Part shown: piece after piece, positions 47,981-57,784 of the stretch
Layout of the letters: each line of letters starts with the position of its first letter
Numbering within the stretch: position 1 is the first letter of the stretch
Source of the DNA: an uncultured bacterium
Lineage (GTDB): Bacteria > Babelota > Babeliae > Babelales > Babelaceae
Length of the DNA: 64,000 nucleotides
Direction of reading: 5' to 3'
NCBI GenBank assembly: GCA_963717435.1
Contig: OY970332.1
Span: forward strand, 256,001 to 320,000
Position numbers and translations under genes: made by a program
Notes under the pieces: generated by a model
Databases searched by the model: none
What the model was told of the DNA's origin: nothing
Seen by the model: the letters and a program-made list of their open reading frames with translations, nothing else

Positions 47981-48823
47981 TTAATTATTCTTTCTCCAAT
48001 AAACCCCAAAACCGTCAATATTATAAATGACATCTTTGATATTATGCATTGCACGATAATCATTAACAGCTTTAACGCAACATGGCATATTAAAATCATC
48101 AATGATTACAAAACCTCCAATTGATAATTTAGGGTATAAATTTTTTAAGGCATCCATTGTGGATTCATACAAGTCTCCATCTAATCGCAACAAAGAGATT
48201 TTGTCCATCGGTGCTTTTGGCAATGTATCTTTAAACCAGCCCTTTAAAAAAATAACTTTATCATCTAAAAGACCGTATCTTCGAAAATTTTCTTTAACGT
48301 CTTCTAGTGATACTGCTAAAAATTTTTGTCTATCTAAATCCATGCCTTTATCTTCCGGATAATCTGTCACATTAGGCGCTGGCAGCCCTTCGAATGAATC
48401 AGCAACAAAAACTCGTCTTTTGGAGTCTCGATATATCTTTAGAGCACCTCTCATTAATATAGTTGCTCCGCCTCTCCATACCCCAGTTTCAATTAAATCC
48501 CCCTCAATATCATCTTTTAGAATGGTTTCAATACAATTTTGAATATTTGTTAGTCTGTGCCATCCAATCATAGTATGACCTGTCAGGGGCCAATCTTTCC
48601 CGCCTAATCTTTTTTCCAAATTAAAATTAATTATGGTAAATGAATTGCAGCTGCCTTCTGCAGAATCCGTTTGATAAATTATATTCAACAATGATCTTTT
48701 AAGTAAATCTAAATAGGACGATTCAGGAGTTTGGGGTTGTTCAAAAGGTAAAGTATCTGAATATGCCAGAAGCGAATAATTAAACAAAAAAGCTATTAAT
48801 AAAAAAAAATTAATTAATTTCAT
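47981..48823 (-). CDS. TylF/MycF/NovP-family sugar O-methyltransferase with signal-like N-terminus
   Basis: TMIG..RL, GDLIETGVWRGG, ADSFEGLP, KGWFKDTL, LRLDGDLYEST, IIDD. Confidence 0.93.
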   Translation of the reverse strand: MKLINFFLLIAFLFNYSLLAYSDTLPFEQPQTPESSYLDLLKRSLLNIIYQTDSAEGSCNSFTIINFNLEKRLGGKDWPLTGHTMIGWHRLTNIQNCIETILKDDIEGDLIETGVWRGGATILMRGALKIYRDSKRRVFVADSFEGLPAPNVTDYPEDKGMDLDRQKFLAVSLEDVKENFRRYGLLDDKVIFLKGWFKDTLPKAPMDKISLLRLDGDLYESTMDALKNLYPKLSIGGFVIIDDFNMPCCVKAVNDYRAMHNIKDVIYNIDGFGVYWRKNN

Positions 48824-48927
48824 CTGATTCCTCTTTTATTAAAAAATTGTAGCTTTAAAAATATTAAATATACAATAGTTGTCAAATTAAAAATTATTTA
48901 AAAATATTTTTTAATCACCAAGTAGAA

Positions 48928-49596
48928 TTACCAATATGTTATCTGTGTTACACCTGTTCCAAATATATTAGCTTCAAGATTTAGATTATCAAATTTCTTA
49001 ATTTTTACTTTTGTTGAAATTGAATTAATAAATTGTGCCACCTCATATTCTATGTTTATTTGAAGCCTCTCCATGTGTTCAAGGTCCAATTTATTAAACA
49101 TCTCTTTAAAATATTTAGCTCGCATGGCAAAACAACCTGTGAAAACTTGCCCTATCGAATCCAATTTTATAAAAATATCGCTTTCTGGATCAGCTTCTAT
49201 TGATCTAATAAAATAATCATTAAGAAATTTATATCTTGCTGTAATTTTTAAAATAATATCATCATCATTAAAATTAAAATTGTCCAAAGCTAAAATAATG
49301 GATTTTGCTTCATTAATTCCCTTATTTTTTAAATTGAAATTATTAGATTTAGAATAAAATATATTTGTGGACAATTCATCTAGAAACGTGGGACTGGAAG
49401 AGCAAGATTCTACAATAAATGGTTCATAACCATATTTTTTTATAATATTAATACCAAATATATATTCTTGTTTGCGCATTTCGAATTGATTAGAAATTAA
49501 AGCTGCTGTAGCTAAAATCTTAAGACTCGCCATAATATTTGCTTCAATTGAACAAAAAAGTAAAAGTCTTATAACTAAAGTTAAATTAATTTTCAA
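48928..49596 (-). CDS. Hypothetical protein of glycan cluster (possible glycosyltransferase-like) with signal-like N-terminus
   Basis: NKGINEA, ILKITARY; context only for function. Confidence 0.65.
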   Translation of the reverse strand: MKINLTLVIRLLLFCSIEANIMASLKILATAALISNQFEMRKQEYIFGINIIKKYGYEPFIVESCSSSPTFLDELSTNIFYSKSNNFNLKNKGINEAKSIILALDNFNFNDDDIILKITARYKFLNDYFIRSIEADPESDIFIKLDSIGQVFTGCFAMRAKYFKEMFNKLDLEHMERLQINIEYEVAQFINSISTKVKIKKFDNLNLEANIFGTGVTQITYW

Positions 49597-49738
49597 ATGA
49601 TCCCCTTCGAATTTAAAATAAACTCATAATAAAATTATTAATTAAAATCTTGTTACTAAATAAATTACTTGACAGTAGAAGATATGTAAAATTAAATTAT
49701 TTTTTATAAGATATTTATTAAAAAAAGGGAGAATCATA

Positions 49739-50962
49739 ATGGGAATTAAAAATTATTTTATTTTTATAAAATTTATCAATTTAAAAAATAATTTTTTTAT
49801 TATAAGAATATTATTTTTATTTTTATTAAATGTTAATTTTATAACTATTTTTTCACAAGGAAATAAAATTATTGACATTAATAGATTATCTAATGAATGG
49901 CCAACTGCTTCTATTGATAAACAAGAAGCTTTGCTTACAGAATACTTAAATTATGCTCTTCAACCAAGTGCACCAAATAGACATACTGCTTTAGAACGTC
50001 TTAGACAACTTCAAAGTGTTGTAAAAAAATTTGGATTTAATACACAAAATTCATCGCTTAAACAGACACTTGAAACTATAGTTAACCAAGAAGTTATTTT
50101 AGTTGATGCGGCTATTGGAATGAATATTCCAAATTGGTGCGGTACTATTTCAACGAGTTATTTAACTGGGGACAATATTGCTTTTTTATGTAAGCATAGG
50201 ACATTCAAGGTTAATGGATATTCATCATTTTTTTATAATTTTGATCCTGATAACGTTAAATATGGTGATACAGTATTTGTGGTTACAAATTATTTAGATC
50301 TTTTTTTTGATGTGTATCATAAACAAATTAAAGAATCGTATGTTTTAGTAACAGATAATTCGGATTCTCCTGTACCAGCAAAATTTTCAAATTTTTTAGA
50401 AGATGAAAAAATTTTAGCTTGGTTTTGCATAAATCCTGATGAAACAAAGCATGAAAAATTGAATTATATTCCATTGGGAATCAAAAACCATGGTTATGGC
50501 GGAGAAGAACCAAACTTTATGGATAAAATGTTGGGATATAAAGGTCTTTCTAAAAACTATCTTCTATATATAAATTTTAATTTAAACCATCAAGATCGCC
50601 ATGATGCAATTCATTTTTTCAAAGATAAAGCATGGGCAACGAAAACTTCTAGAAAAAGCCCACATGAATTTTTTAAAGACATAGCACAATCAAAATTTGT
50701 CCTGAGTCCACGTGGATGCGGTCTTGATTGCTGGAGAACATGGGAAATATTATTATTAGGTAGTATTCCGATAGTAAAACATTCACCATTAGATAAACTA
50801 TTTGAGGAGTTCCCCGTTTTGATCGTTAATAATTGGGATGAAATTACGCCAGAATTTTTAGAAATAAAATATAAAGAGATATCCGAAAAGACTTTTGACT
50901 ATAATAAATTATTTGCTGAATATTGGGGAAGAAGAATTAATTCTTTATTTAAGAATAATTAA
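49739..50962 (+). CDS. Exostosin/GT47-like protein with hydrophobic N-terminus
   Basis: SKFVLSPRGCGLDCWRTWEILLLGSIPIV; paralog of 56796..57755. Confidence 0.75.
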   Translation: MGIKNYFIFIKFINLKNNFFIIRILFLFLLNVNFITIFSQGNKIIDINRLSNEWPTASIDKQEALLTEYLNYALQPSAPNRHTALERLRQLQSVVKKFGFNTQNSSLKQTLETIVNQEVILVDAAIGMNIPNWCGTISTSYLTGDNIAFLCKHRTFKVNGYSSFFYNFDPDNVKYGDTVFVVTNYLDLFFDVYHKQIKESYVLVTDNSDSPVPAKFSNFLEDEKILAWFCINPDETKHEKLNYIPLGIKNHGYGGEEPNFMDKMLGYKGLSKNYLLYINFNLNHQDRHDAIHFFKDKAWATKTSRKSPHEFFKDIAQSKFVLSPRGCGLDCWRTWEILLLGSIPIVKHSPLDKLFEEFPVLIVNNWDEITPEFLEIKYKEISEKTFDYNKLFAEYWGRRINSLFKNN

Positions 50963-51051
50963 TATTATAAAAAGTTAGTTTTTTTAATTCTTGACAACGA
51001 AATATATATTAAATAATGATAGAATAAAATATTATTAAAAAAGGAAAAAAC

Positions 51052-51756
51052 ATGAATTTTAAAAAATATTTAGTTTTTTGTTTTATAACTTCAATATATT
51101 CAGCAGAAAAAGTATCTTTAGAAGAACAGAATTTAATTAACCATGTGAAATTAAGCATATCAAAAGCAGAACAACATGATTCTAAATTATCTGGCGGAGT
51201 AATTGATGTTTATGGAATGACCAGTTTAAAAGTTAAATGTTTGCTAAATAATATTTGTTCATTAAGGGATTCAACTTATTTAGAAATTGGAGTTCATAAA
51301 GGCGGGACATTTACAGCAGCATTGTTTAATAATAAGAATAGTTTAATTGAAGCAACTGCTATAGATAATTGGTCGCAATTCGGTGGGCCAGCCGAAGAAT
51401 TCAAAGAAAATTGTTCAAAATTTATATCAGATATTGCATTTAAAGTTTGCAATGAAGATTGCTTCAAAATAAACAGAGAAAATTTTCTAAAATATCCTAT
51501 TAAAATTTATTTTTATGATGGAGATCATACTGAAGAAGCGCAATATCAGGCCTTTACATATTATGATTCACTCTTTGCAGACAGCTTTATAGCCATAGTT
51601 GATGATTGGAATTGGTCGTCAGTAAAAATTGGTACTAAAAAAGCATTTGAAAATTTGGGCTATAGTGTCCTTTACGAACAAGAATTGCCAGCAAAGTTTA
51701 ATGGAGATAAAGACCTATGGTGGCACGGCATATATATCGCTGTAATTCGTAAATAA
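51052..51756 (+). CDS. Class I SAM-dependent methyltransferase (Methyltransf_24-like) with signal-like N-terminus
   Basis: YLEIGVHKG, YFYDGDH, IVDDWNW. Confidence 0.85.
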   Translation: MNFKKYLVFCFITSIYSAEKVSLEEQNLINHVKLSISKAEQHDSKLSGGVIDVYGMTSLKVKCLLNNICSLRDSTYLEIGVHKGGTFTAALFNNKNSLIEATAIDNWSQFGGPAEEFKENCSKFISDIAFKVCNEDCFKINRENFLKYPIKIYFYDGDHTEEAQYQAFTYYDSLFADSFIAIVDDWNWSSVKIGTKKAFENLGYSVLYEQELPAKFNGDKDLWWHGIYIAVIRK

Positions 51757-51843
51757 ATTATCTATACTTTTGAGCTTATTTGCATAAAAAATAACAGACC
51801 AATTTTTTGAATAATTTTATTTTGTGATTTTTGTAAAATAAAA

Positions 51844-52779
51844 TTAAATTTTCTTGCGGGTGTTAATATTTTGAAATAATTTTTTTATAGAATCTTTTAT
51901 ATTTGGGATACTTGGAAATTCTTTAAGTAATTTATTAGCATCTAGTTCATTATTTGAACGACGTGCTTTTAAAATTTTATCTTGTTCTTCCAGCGAAAAA
52001 TTGGTGTAACTAAAATTATTGTCTATATATTCTTTATATAAATCTAAAATCTCATTATGGGAAATAACTCCAGGATTAACAAAATTATAAACCCCTACAA
52101 GTCTGCGTTCTGCCATTTGTGGAATTAGCGGCAATAAATCTGATAAGATGCTCATTGAATTGGGGACGTTAACAACTTTTTGATATTTAGTAATTTTTGT
52201 AACAAAATTTCTTGGATGAAAGTCATCTGAAATTGGCATTCTCAGTCTTAGATTTAATGTATTTGGATATTCTTTAAGTAACTTATCTAGCATAATCTTT
52301 GTATAAGAATAAAACGATCCGGCAAAATTAGGTTCCTCTTCTTCTTTAAATCCAATTCCGCTATATATTGGATGATTTTTATCGTACTCATAAATGCATC
52401 CGGTTCCAATATTAATAAAATGGATATTATTTTTAAAAGAAATATCTGCCAAATTTAAGGCCCCAATTATATTAGATCTTATAGTTTCTTGCTTATGATC
52501 TTCGCACCAATCAACATTGGGAACACCTGTAACTCCTGCAGCATTTATAACGCAATCAGGTTTTTCTTTTTGAATCTCTAATTCTAAAGACTCTCTATTT
52601 TCTAACCTAGTTTGAGTGGCAACAACTTGGTAATTTGCATCAGTTAAGATTTTGACAATTTTTTGTCCAATCCATCCGGTTTTTCCACCAAATACTAAAA
52701 TTTTTTTAATTTCTGGATCATTATTTGATGAGTTTAAGTTAATAGATAAAAATATAAAAAAAATAAAATTATTTTTCAT
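51844..52779 (-). CDS. NDP-4-keto-6-deoxyglucose 3,5-epimerase/4-reductase (NRS/ER type) with signal-like N-terminus
   Basis: FGGKTGWIG, NAAGVTGVPNVDWCEDHKQETIRSN, GTGCIYEYD, LRLRMPI, PRNFVTKITKY.KVVNVPNSM. Confidence 0.88.
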   Translation of the reverse strand: MKNNFIFFIFLSINLNSSNNDPEIKKILVFGGKTGWIGQKIVKILTDANYQVVATQTRLENRESLELEIQKEKPDCVINAAGVTGVPNVDWCEDHKQETIRSNIIGALNLADISFKNNIHFINIGTGCIYEYDKNHPIYSGIGFKEEEEPNFAGSFYSYTKIMLDKLLKEYPNTLNLRLRMPISDDFHPRNFVTKITKYQKVVNVPNSMSILSDLLPLIPQMAERRLVGVYNFVNPGVISHNEILDLYKEYIDNNFSYTNFSLEEQDKILKARRSNNELDANKLLKEFPSIPNIKDSIKKLFQNINTRKKI

Positions 52780-52790
52780 GTTTTTCCAGT

Positions 52791-53558
52791 TTAACGTTTA
52801 AAAATAAAACAAATACCACAATAAAAATGGATTCCACGTATTTCATTTTGATAATAAGACAGATCTTTTAATATGGAATCTGGACACGCGCCTTTATTTG
52901 CACAACCAGATTTTGCTCCAACGAAATTTAAATCATGCACTAATTCTAATAAGAAATTTATGGTTGTTTGTGGACCGGCTTGAGGATTATCTTGAGAGCC
53001 GCCGCCCCCCCAATTTTTCCAGTATGACGTGTGAAGGTCTTCTATAATATAAACTCCGCCACTTTTAACATGCGGAAAAAGCATTTTAAAGCTAATTATC
53101 TGTTGATCCATCGTATGTCCACCATCATCTAAAATAATATCAAAATTCCCACCCGAAAATTGTATAAATTTTTCCAGTTGTTCTTTATCGGATTGATCAG
53201 CAACAAAAAAGTTGGATCTTGTAAGTCCATGGCTGTATTTTAAAAATGCATTAGGATCAATATCAATAAAATAAAAAGATGCCTTTGAAAAATACCCTTC
53301 CCACATTCTAGCGGAGTTTCCAAGTAAAAATCCAATTTCTAAAAATTTTATAGAAGAATCTTTGAGCTTAGAAAAATACCATTCATATATAGAAGTATAC
53401 TTATGACTTATTGAGCTTTTATCTGTATTGCAATTTTTACCAATAATATCCAATTTATCAGATGACTCATCAATGATGCGTTCTGCAGAGGTTTGATGAG
53501 AAAATGATAAAAATATAAAGATAAATGTCGGTGCCGCTAATAAATTATTATTTAACAT
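52791..53558 (-). CDS. Class I SAM-dependent sugar O-methyltransferase (MycE/TylE-like) with signal-like N-terminus
   Basis: TDKS..HKY, FLEIG, DQSD, DIILDDGGH, GGVYIIEDLHTSYW. Confidence 0.85.
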   Translation of the reverse strand: MLNNNLLAAPTFIFIFLSFSHQTSAERIIDESSDKLDIIGKNCNTDKSSISHKYTSIYEWYFSKLKDSSIKFLEIGFLLGNSARMWEGYFSKASFYFIDIDPNAFLKYSHGLTRSNFFVADQSDKEQLEKFIQFSGGNFDIILDDGGHTMDQQIISFKMLFPHVKSGGVYIIEDLHTSYWKNWGGGGSQDNPQAGPQTTINFLLELVHDLNFVGAKSGCANKGACPDSILKDLSYYQNEIRGIHFYCGICFIFKR

Positions 53559-53564
53559 ATTTTT

Positions 53565-54710
53565 TTATTGTAGTTCTATTGTTTCGCCATTTGTATAAAC
53601 TGGTGTATATGCTGTATGTTCCATTTTTTCCCACCTTTCTTGATTGTCCAAATACCATTGTATTGTTTTATGTAGACCTTCTTTAAACGAAATCTGATAT
53701 TTCCACTCAAGCAATTTATAAGACTTATCAGTAGATGAACAATGATATCTTACCTGGCCAGGTCTATCCCCAATAAATTTTAAATAACTTTCTGGTAAAT
53801 TGAAATATTCTAAAATAATTTTGGCTATATCTAAAATAGTTGTTCCAATACCCGTGCCTAAATGAATTAATTGATGTTTAATTTGTTCAAAATTATCGGC
53901 ATGTAAAATAATATCTAAAGCTCTTGCCAAATCTTCCGTATGCAACCAATCTCTTGCCTGTAATCCATCCCCATGGATAGTAAGAGGTTGCTTTTTTATG
54001 GCGCTACATATAAATCTTGGTATTACTTTTTCAAGATGCTGCTGTGGTCCGTAATTATTAAAGGGTCTAACTATCACTGCCGGAACATTATACGTGCAAC
54101 AATAAGAATAAACTAGTCTATCAGCGCCAGCTTTAGCAGCGGCATAAGGTGACCTGGGGTTAATTGGATGATCTTCATCCATTGGCGAATATTCAGCTGT
54201 TCCGCAGACTTCAGAAGTGGATATGTGAATAAATCTTTCAACTGTTTTCTTATGTTTAACCAAAGCTGTCATCATGACTCTTGTTCCCATCACATCAGTT
54301 TCAAAAAAAGTTATATCATCACAAATGCTTTTTGTAACATGGGATTCTGCGGCAAAATGAACAACAAGGTTCGCGCGTGACATGAGTTTTTCAACTAATT
54401 GATAATTTGTAACCGAGCCATAAAAAAATTCGAATCGATTAGATTTTCTTATATAATATGGGATATTTTCTAATGAACCTGCATATGTTAAAGCATCTAA
54501 AACAATAAAATAATAATTACTATATTTATCAAACATATATTTTAAATAATTACTACCAATAAAGCCTGCTGCACCAGTTAGTAAAACAATTTTTTTAAAA
54601 GATGATGGTGATGTAATATTTTTCGATTCTTCTGTCTGCAATTTATAAGCACTTAGCATAAAAATTTGAAAAAATAACAATATGCTAATGAGATTTTTAT
54701 TTAGTTTCAT
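53565..54710 (-). CDS. rfbB: NDP-glucose 4,6-dehydratase (RmlB/RfbB family) with signal-like N-terminus
   Basis: TGAAGFIGSN, LDALTYAG, HFAAESHV, SPYAAAK, NNYGP, RDWLH, DRPG. Confidence 0.88.
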   Translation of the reverse strand: MKLNKNLISILLFFQIFMLSAYKLQTEESKNITSPSSFKKIVLLTGAAGFIGSNYLKYMFDKYSNYYFIVLDALTYAGSLENIPYYIRKSNRFEFFYGSVTNYQLVEKLMSRANLVVHFAAESHVTKSICDDITFFETDVMGTRVMMTALVKHKKTVERFIHISTSEVCGTAEYSPMDEDHPINPRSPYAAAKAGADRLVYSYCCTYNVPAVIVRPFNNYGPQQHLEKVIPRFICSAIKKQPLTIHGDGLQARDWLHTEDLARALDIILHADNFEQIKHQLIHLGTGIGTTILDIAKIILEYFNLPESYLKFIGDRPGQVRYHCSSTDKSYKLLEWKYQISFKEGLHKTIQWYLDNQERWEKMEHTAYTPVYTNGETIELQ

Positions 54711-54917
54711 ATCCTATCCTTTTTGTTATGCAGGATATTAACATGAATTTTAGTATTAGGGCAAGTCCGATTTTTACTTTTGGGTCTTTCACTTCTGCTT
54801 CTTGAATTTTCTAAAAAACCAACTAGTATTTTCATGGCCCTGTAGTCACTATCCTTGGAGAAATTTATCAAAATTCTATATTTTAATTTTTGATATTGAT
54901 TTAAGAAAGATAATATC

Positions 54918-55676
54918 TTGAAGAAAAATTTTATCTTATTTTTGTTTATTTTTAGCAAAATCAATTCTAAATTTTATCTCGATTTAAAGATTAGTGTTTT
55001 TGAGCAGTTACAAAAAAATTCCCTTATTTATCCTGAGCAACCCATTAAATTGCATCTTGGGTGTGGTGAAAGTTATCTTCCAGGATATATCAATGTTGAT
55101 TTTCCTCCATCAGATCATACTGTGCAAACTAAAAGCGTGGCCGATGTTTATGCCGATGTTATAAATTTGCATTTTCCTGAAAATTCCATTGATGAAGTTA
55201 GATTGCACCATCTTTTTGAACATTTTGATAGGCCAACCGCATTGGGTTTATTATGCAAATGGCAAAAAAGCTTAAAAATTGGGGGTATGGTTTTCATCGA
55301 GACGCCCGATCTTGAAGAGAGCATGAAATTGTTCTTAGGTGATCTTCTTTCTTATGAAGAAAAACAAATAGTGTTAAGACATGTTTTTGGTTCTCATGAA
55401 GCTAGATGGGCGATTCATTGTGATGGATGGTACGGTGAAAAATTTGTTAAAGTCTTAGAGCAGCTTGGTTTTTCAATAATATCAGTCGAAAAAAGCTCTT
55501 GGAAATTGACGCAAAACATTACAGTTAAGGCTATAAAAATATCTAATTTATCTATCCATGAACTTAGATCTAAAGTTTTTGATATATTTGATTCAAGCTT
55601 GGTAGATTACTCGGATGGAGAACAAAAAATTAGATCTGTATGGATGTCAGAATTTAACCAAATTTTTAATAAATAA
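54918..55676 (+). CDS. Class I SAM-dependent methyltransferase (type 11-like) with signal-like N-terminus
   Basis: KLHLGCG...GYINVD, HLFEH, LKIGG..IETPD. Confidence 0.82.
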   Translation: MKKNFILFLFIFSKINSKFYLDLKISVFEQLQKNSLIYPEQPIKLHLGCGESYLPGYINVDFPPSDHTVQTKSVADVYADVINLHFPENSIDEVRLHHLFEHFDRPTALGLLCKWQKSLKIGGMVFIETPDLEESMKLFLGDLLSYEEKQIVLRHVFGSHEARWAIHCDGWYGEKFVKVLEQLGFSIISVEKSSWKLTQNITVKAIKISNLSIHELRSKVFDIFDSSLVDYSDGEQKIRSVWMSEFNQIFNK

Positions 55677-55726
55677 AAACTACTTTGGACTCAATGCTAT
55701 ATAGCTTGGACATCTATTTTATTTTT

Positions 55727-56695
55727 TTAACTTTTTTCAAATAAATCCAATAATTTTTGAGTTGTTTTTAAGTCGGTCATATTATTCAAAACCCATTTTC
55801 TCGGTTTGAACGTTAATAAGTTGTCATTTATATTTAAAATTATTTCACTAAATTGATTAATATTAGACCAAAACAAACCTGTTGACTTACTAAGGTACGG
55901 AGCCGATGAAATATAAGCATAGAATACGCCACAGTACAAATGAGTGCCTCCTCTCTCCCAAACTAAGGTTGGAACATCCATGGACCAACTTTCTGCAAGC
56001 GCCAAACCTTGCGATTCACTTGTCGATAAAAAAACTGCAAATTTTGCTCTCAATAAAGCCTCTTTGAATTGGCTGTGATTATGATTGCCATATTTTATAA
56101 TTTCGACTCTCCAGCCATTATTTTGCAGTATTGTTTGAACATTATTTAATAAATTATTATCACAATTTTTGCAATATATAAGGGCAATTTTAGAATCATA
56201 ATTTTTATTTACTGGGTCCCAATAAACTTCATTAACTCCTGCGGGCCAAATTTTAATTTTATTTCGTAATCTTATATCTAATTTTTTTTGAGCATCAGCC
56301 ACCCACTCACTTGGAACCAAAATTGTATCTATCTCATTTGCCATTAAAAGTCCTCTTTCTTCTAGTGGTGAGCCCGCCATATTGGGACCAACTAATATCT
56401 TTTTTACCTTACCAGCATTTTTTAAATCTATCGCTTGTCTTAATGCATGAAAATCAGATAAAACAAGAACAAATTCACCAACATCTGAGGTATTTATTGG
56501 ATTATAATTGAAATCCATATTTAGTCTTTTTAAGCCTTCATAAATACTTCTTGTTACCCCGAAATGGCCAGAATCATGGAGATTTTGAGATCCATTGCCA
56601 ATGGGTCTTGTTAATAAAGTTATTTTTGAATGCGTAGTAACAAATTGCAAAACTAAAAATAAAAAAAACGATAAAAAAGTAAATTTTTTTGACAT
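55727..56695 (-). CDS. GT-B (GT4-like) glycosyltransferase with signal-like N-terminus
   Basis: LVPSEWV, STSESQGLALAESWSMDVP (EX7E-like). Confidence 0.72.
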   Translation of the reverse strand: MSKKFTFLSFFLFLVLQFVTTHSKITLLTRPIGNGSQNLHDSGHFGVTRSIYEGLKRLNMDFNYNPINTSDVGEFVLVLSDFHALRQAIDLKNAGKVKKILVGPNMAGSPLEERGLLMANEIDTILVPSEWVADAQKKLDIRLRNKIKIWPAGVNEVYWDPVNKNYDSKIALIYCKNCDNNLLNNVQTILQNNGWRVEIIKYGNHNHSQFKEALLRAKFAVFLSTSESQGLALAESWSMDVPTLVWERGGTHLYCGVFYAYISSAPYLSKSTGLFWSNINQFSEIILNINDNLLTFKPRKWVLNNMTDLKTTQKLLDLFEKS

Positions 56696-56795
56696 AATAA
56701 CTTTAATTTTTTAAAGCTAGGGATATAAATAAGAGACCAAGCTTTAAATATTTTGAATTTTTTGATTTCATTATAACTACCTTATTTAACTGGGA

Positions 56796-57755
56796 TTATT
56801 TTTTAAAAAACTTGTTTCTTTCCTGATTGATTTTTTCTACCCAGTATTTCATATATAATTTTTCAAAATTGTAATCTTTTTTGCTCATTATTTCTTCATA
56901 TTTTTTATTTAAAAATTCTTCTGTAATCTCATTCCAATCTTTAATAACAAGAACGGGCAAGTCGCTAAAAAGGTCATCAAGACTGCAAGATCTAATTATA
57001 GGGATTGAGCCTACCAATAATGCTTCCCAATGTCTATAACAATCAAGCATGTCACCCCAAGGAGAAAGAACAAATTTAAAGTCAGCCATTTCTTCAAGAA
57101 ATTCAAAAAACGGCTTTCTTTGAATTTGATAATTTTTAATTGTGCATGTGCAATATGCCTTATCTTTAAATAATTTATAAACAGGCTCTCTCTCTTGCGT
57201 ATTATTTTGTATACAAAAATTCATATATAATAATTTGGTCTTAGGTTTATTCTTTAATCTATTAAATGCTTGGAACGCTTGCTTTCTATTTTGATATATA
57301 GACTCATCCCTAAATACTCCCAATGGGATATTTATAAATTTTGGAAATGCTAAATTATTAGCATTTCCAAGCCAAGCAATTATTTTAGGATCATATATAT
57401 ATGGCTCAATTGCGCCACAAAATAATGAAATTAGGACATATGGATATTTTATTTTTGGATGAATTTCTTTCCAAAACTTGTCCAATACGAATGCATTTGT
57501 AAATATAATACTTCCTGCAGGTACTTTTTCGGGTGAAAATGGGTATGGATTTATAAAATTATTTGTTCCGCCATCCCAAGGCGTAGCGTACTGAAAATCA
57601 GCTATATTCCTCCAAGATTCTCTGTGTATAAATATTTCTTCTAAATTTTCTATGAGCTTTGTTTTTGGAATTTCATAAAGTCCATATTCTGATTCTATAG
57701 CAAGAATATTGGCACTTATGTTAAAAATAATTGTTAATAAAAATATGAATAACAT
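56796..57755 (-). CDS. Exostosin/GT47-like protein with signal-like N-terminus
   Basis: FKFVLSPWGDMLDCYRHWEALLVGSIPII; paralog of 49739..50962. Confidence 0.75.
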   Translation of the reverse strand: MLFIFLLTIIFNISANILAIESEYGLYEIPKTKLIENLEEIFIHRESWRNIADFQYATPWDGGTNNFINPYPFSPEKVPAGSIIFTNAFVLDKFWKEIHPKIKYPYVLISLFCGAIEPYIYDPKIIAWLGNANNLAFPKFINIPLGVFRDESIYQNRKQAFQAFNRLKNKPKTKLLYMNFCIQNNTQEREPVYKLFKDKAYCTCTIKNYQIQRKPFFEFLEEMADFKFVLSPWGDMLDCYRHWEALLVGSIPIIRSCSLDDLFSDLPVLVIKDWNEITEEFLNKKYEEIMSKKDYNFEKLYMKYWVEKINQERNKFFKK

Positions 57756-57784
57756 TTTTTATCCTTAATTTTATTTATTTATAG

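Noticed and set aside
54707-54964. 85-aa minus-strand ORF between divergent genes
   Set aside because: Overlaps both neighbours, low complexity, no recognisable motif; more likely a promoter region
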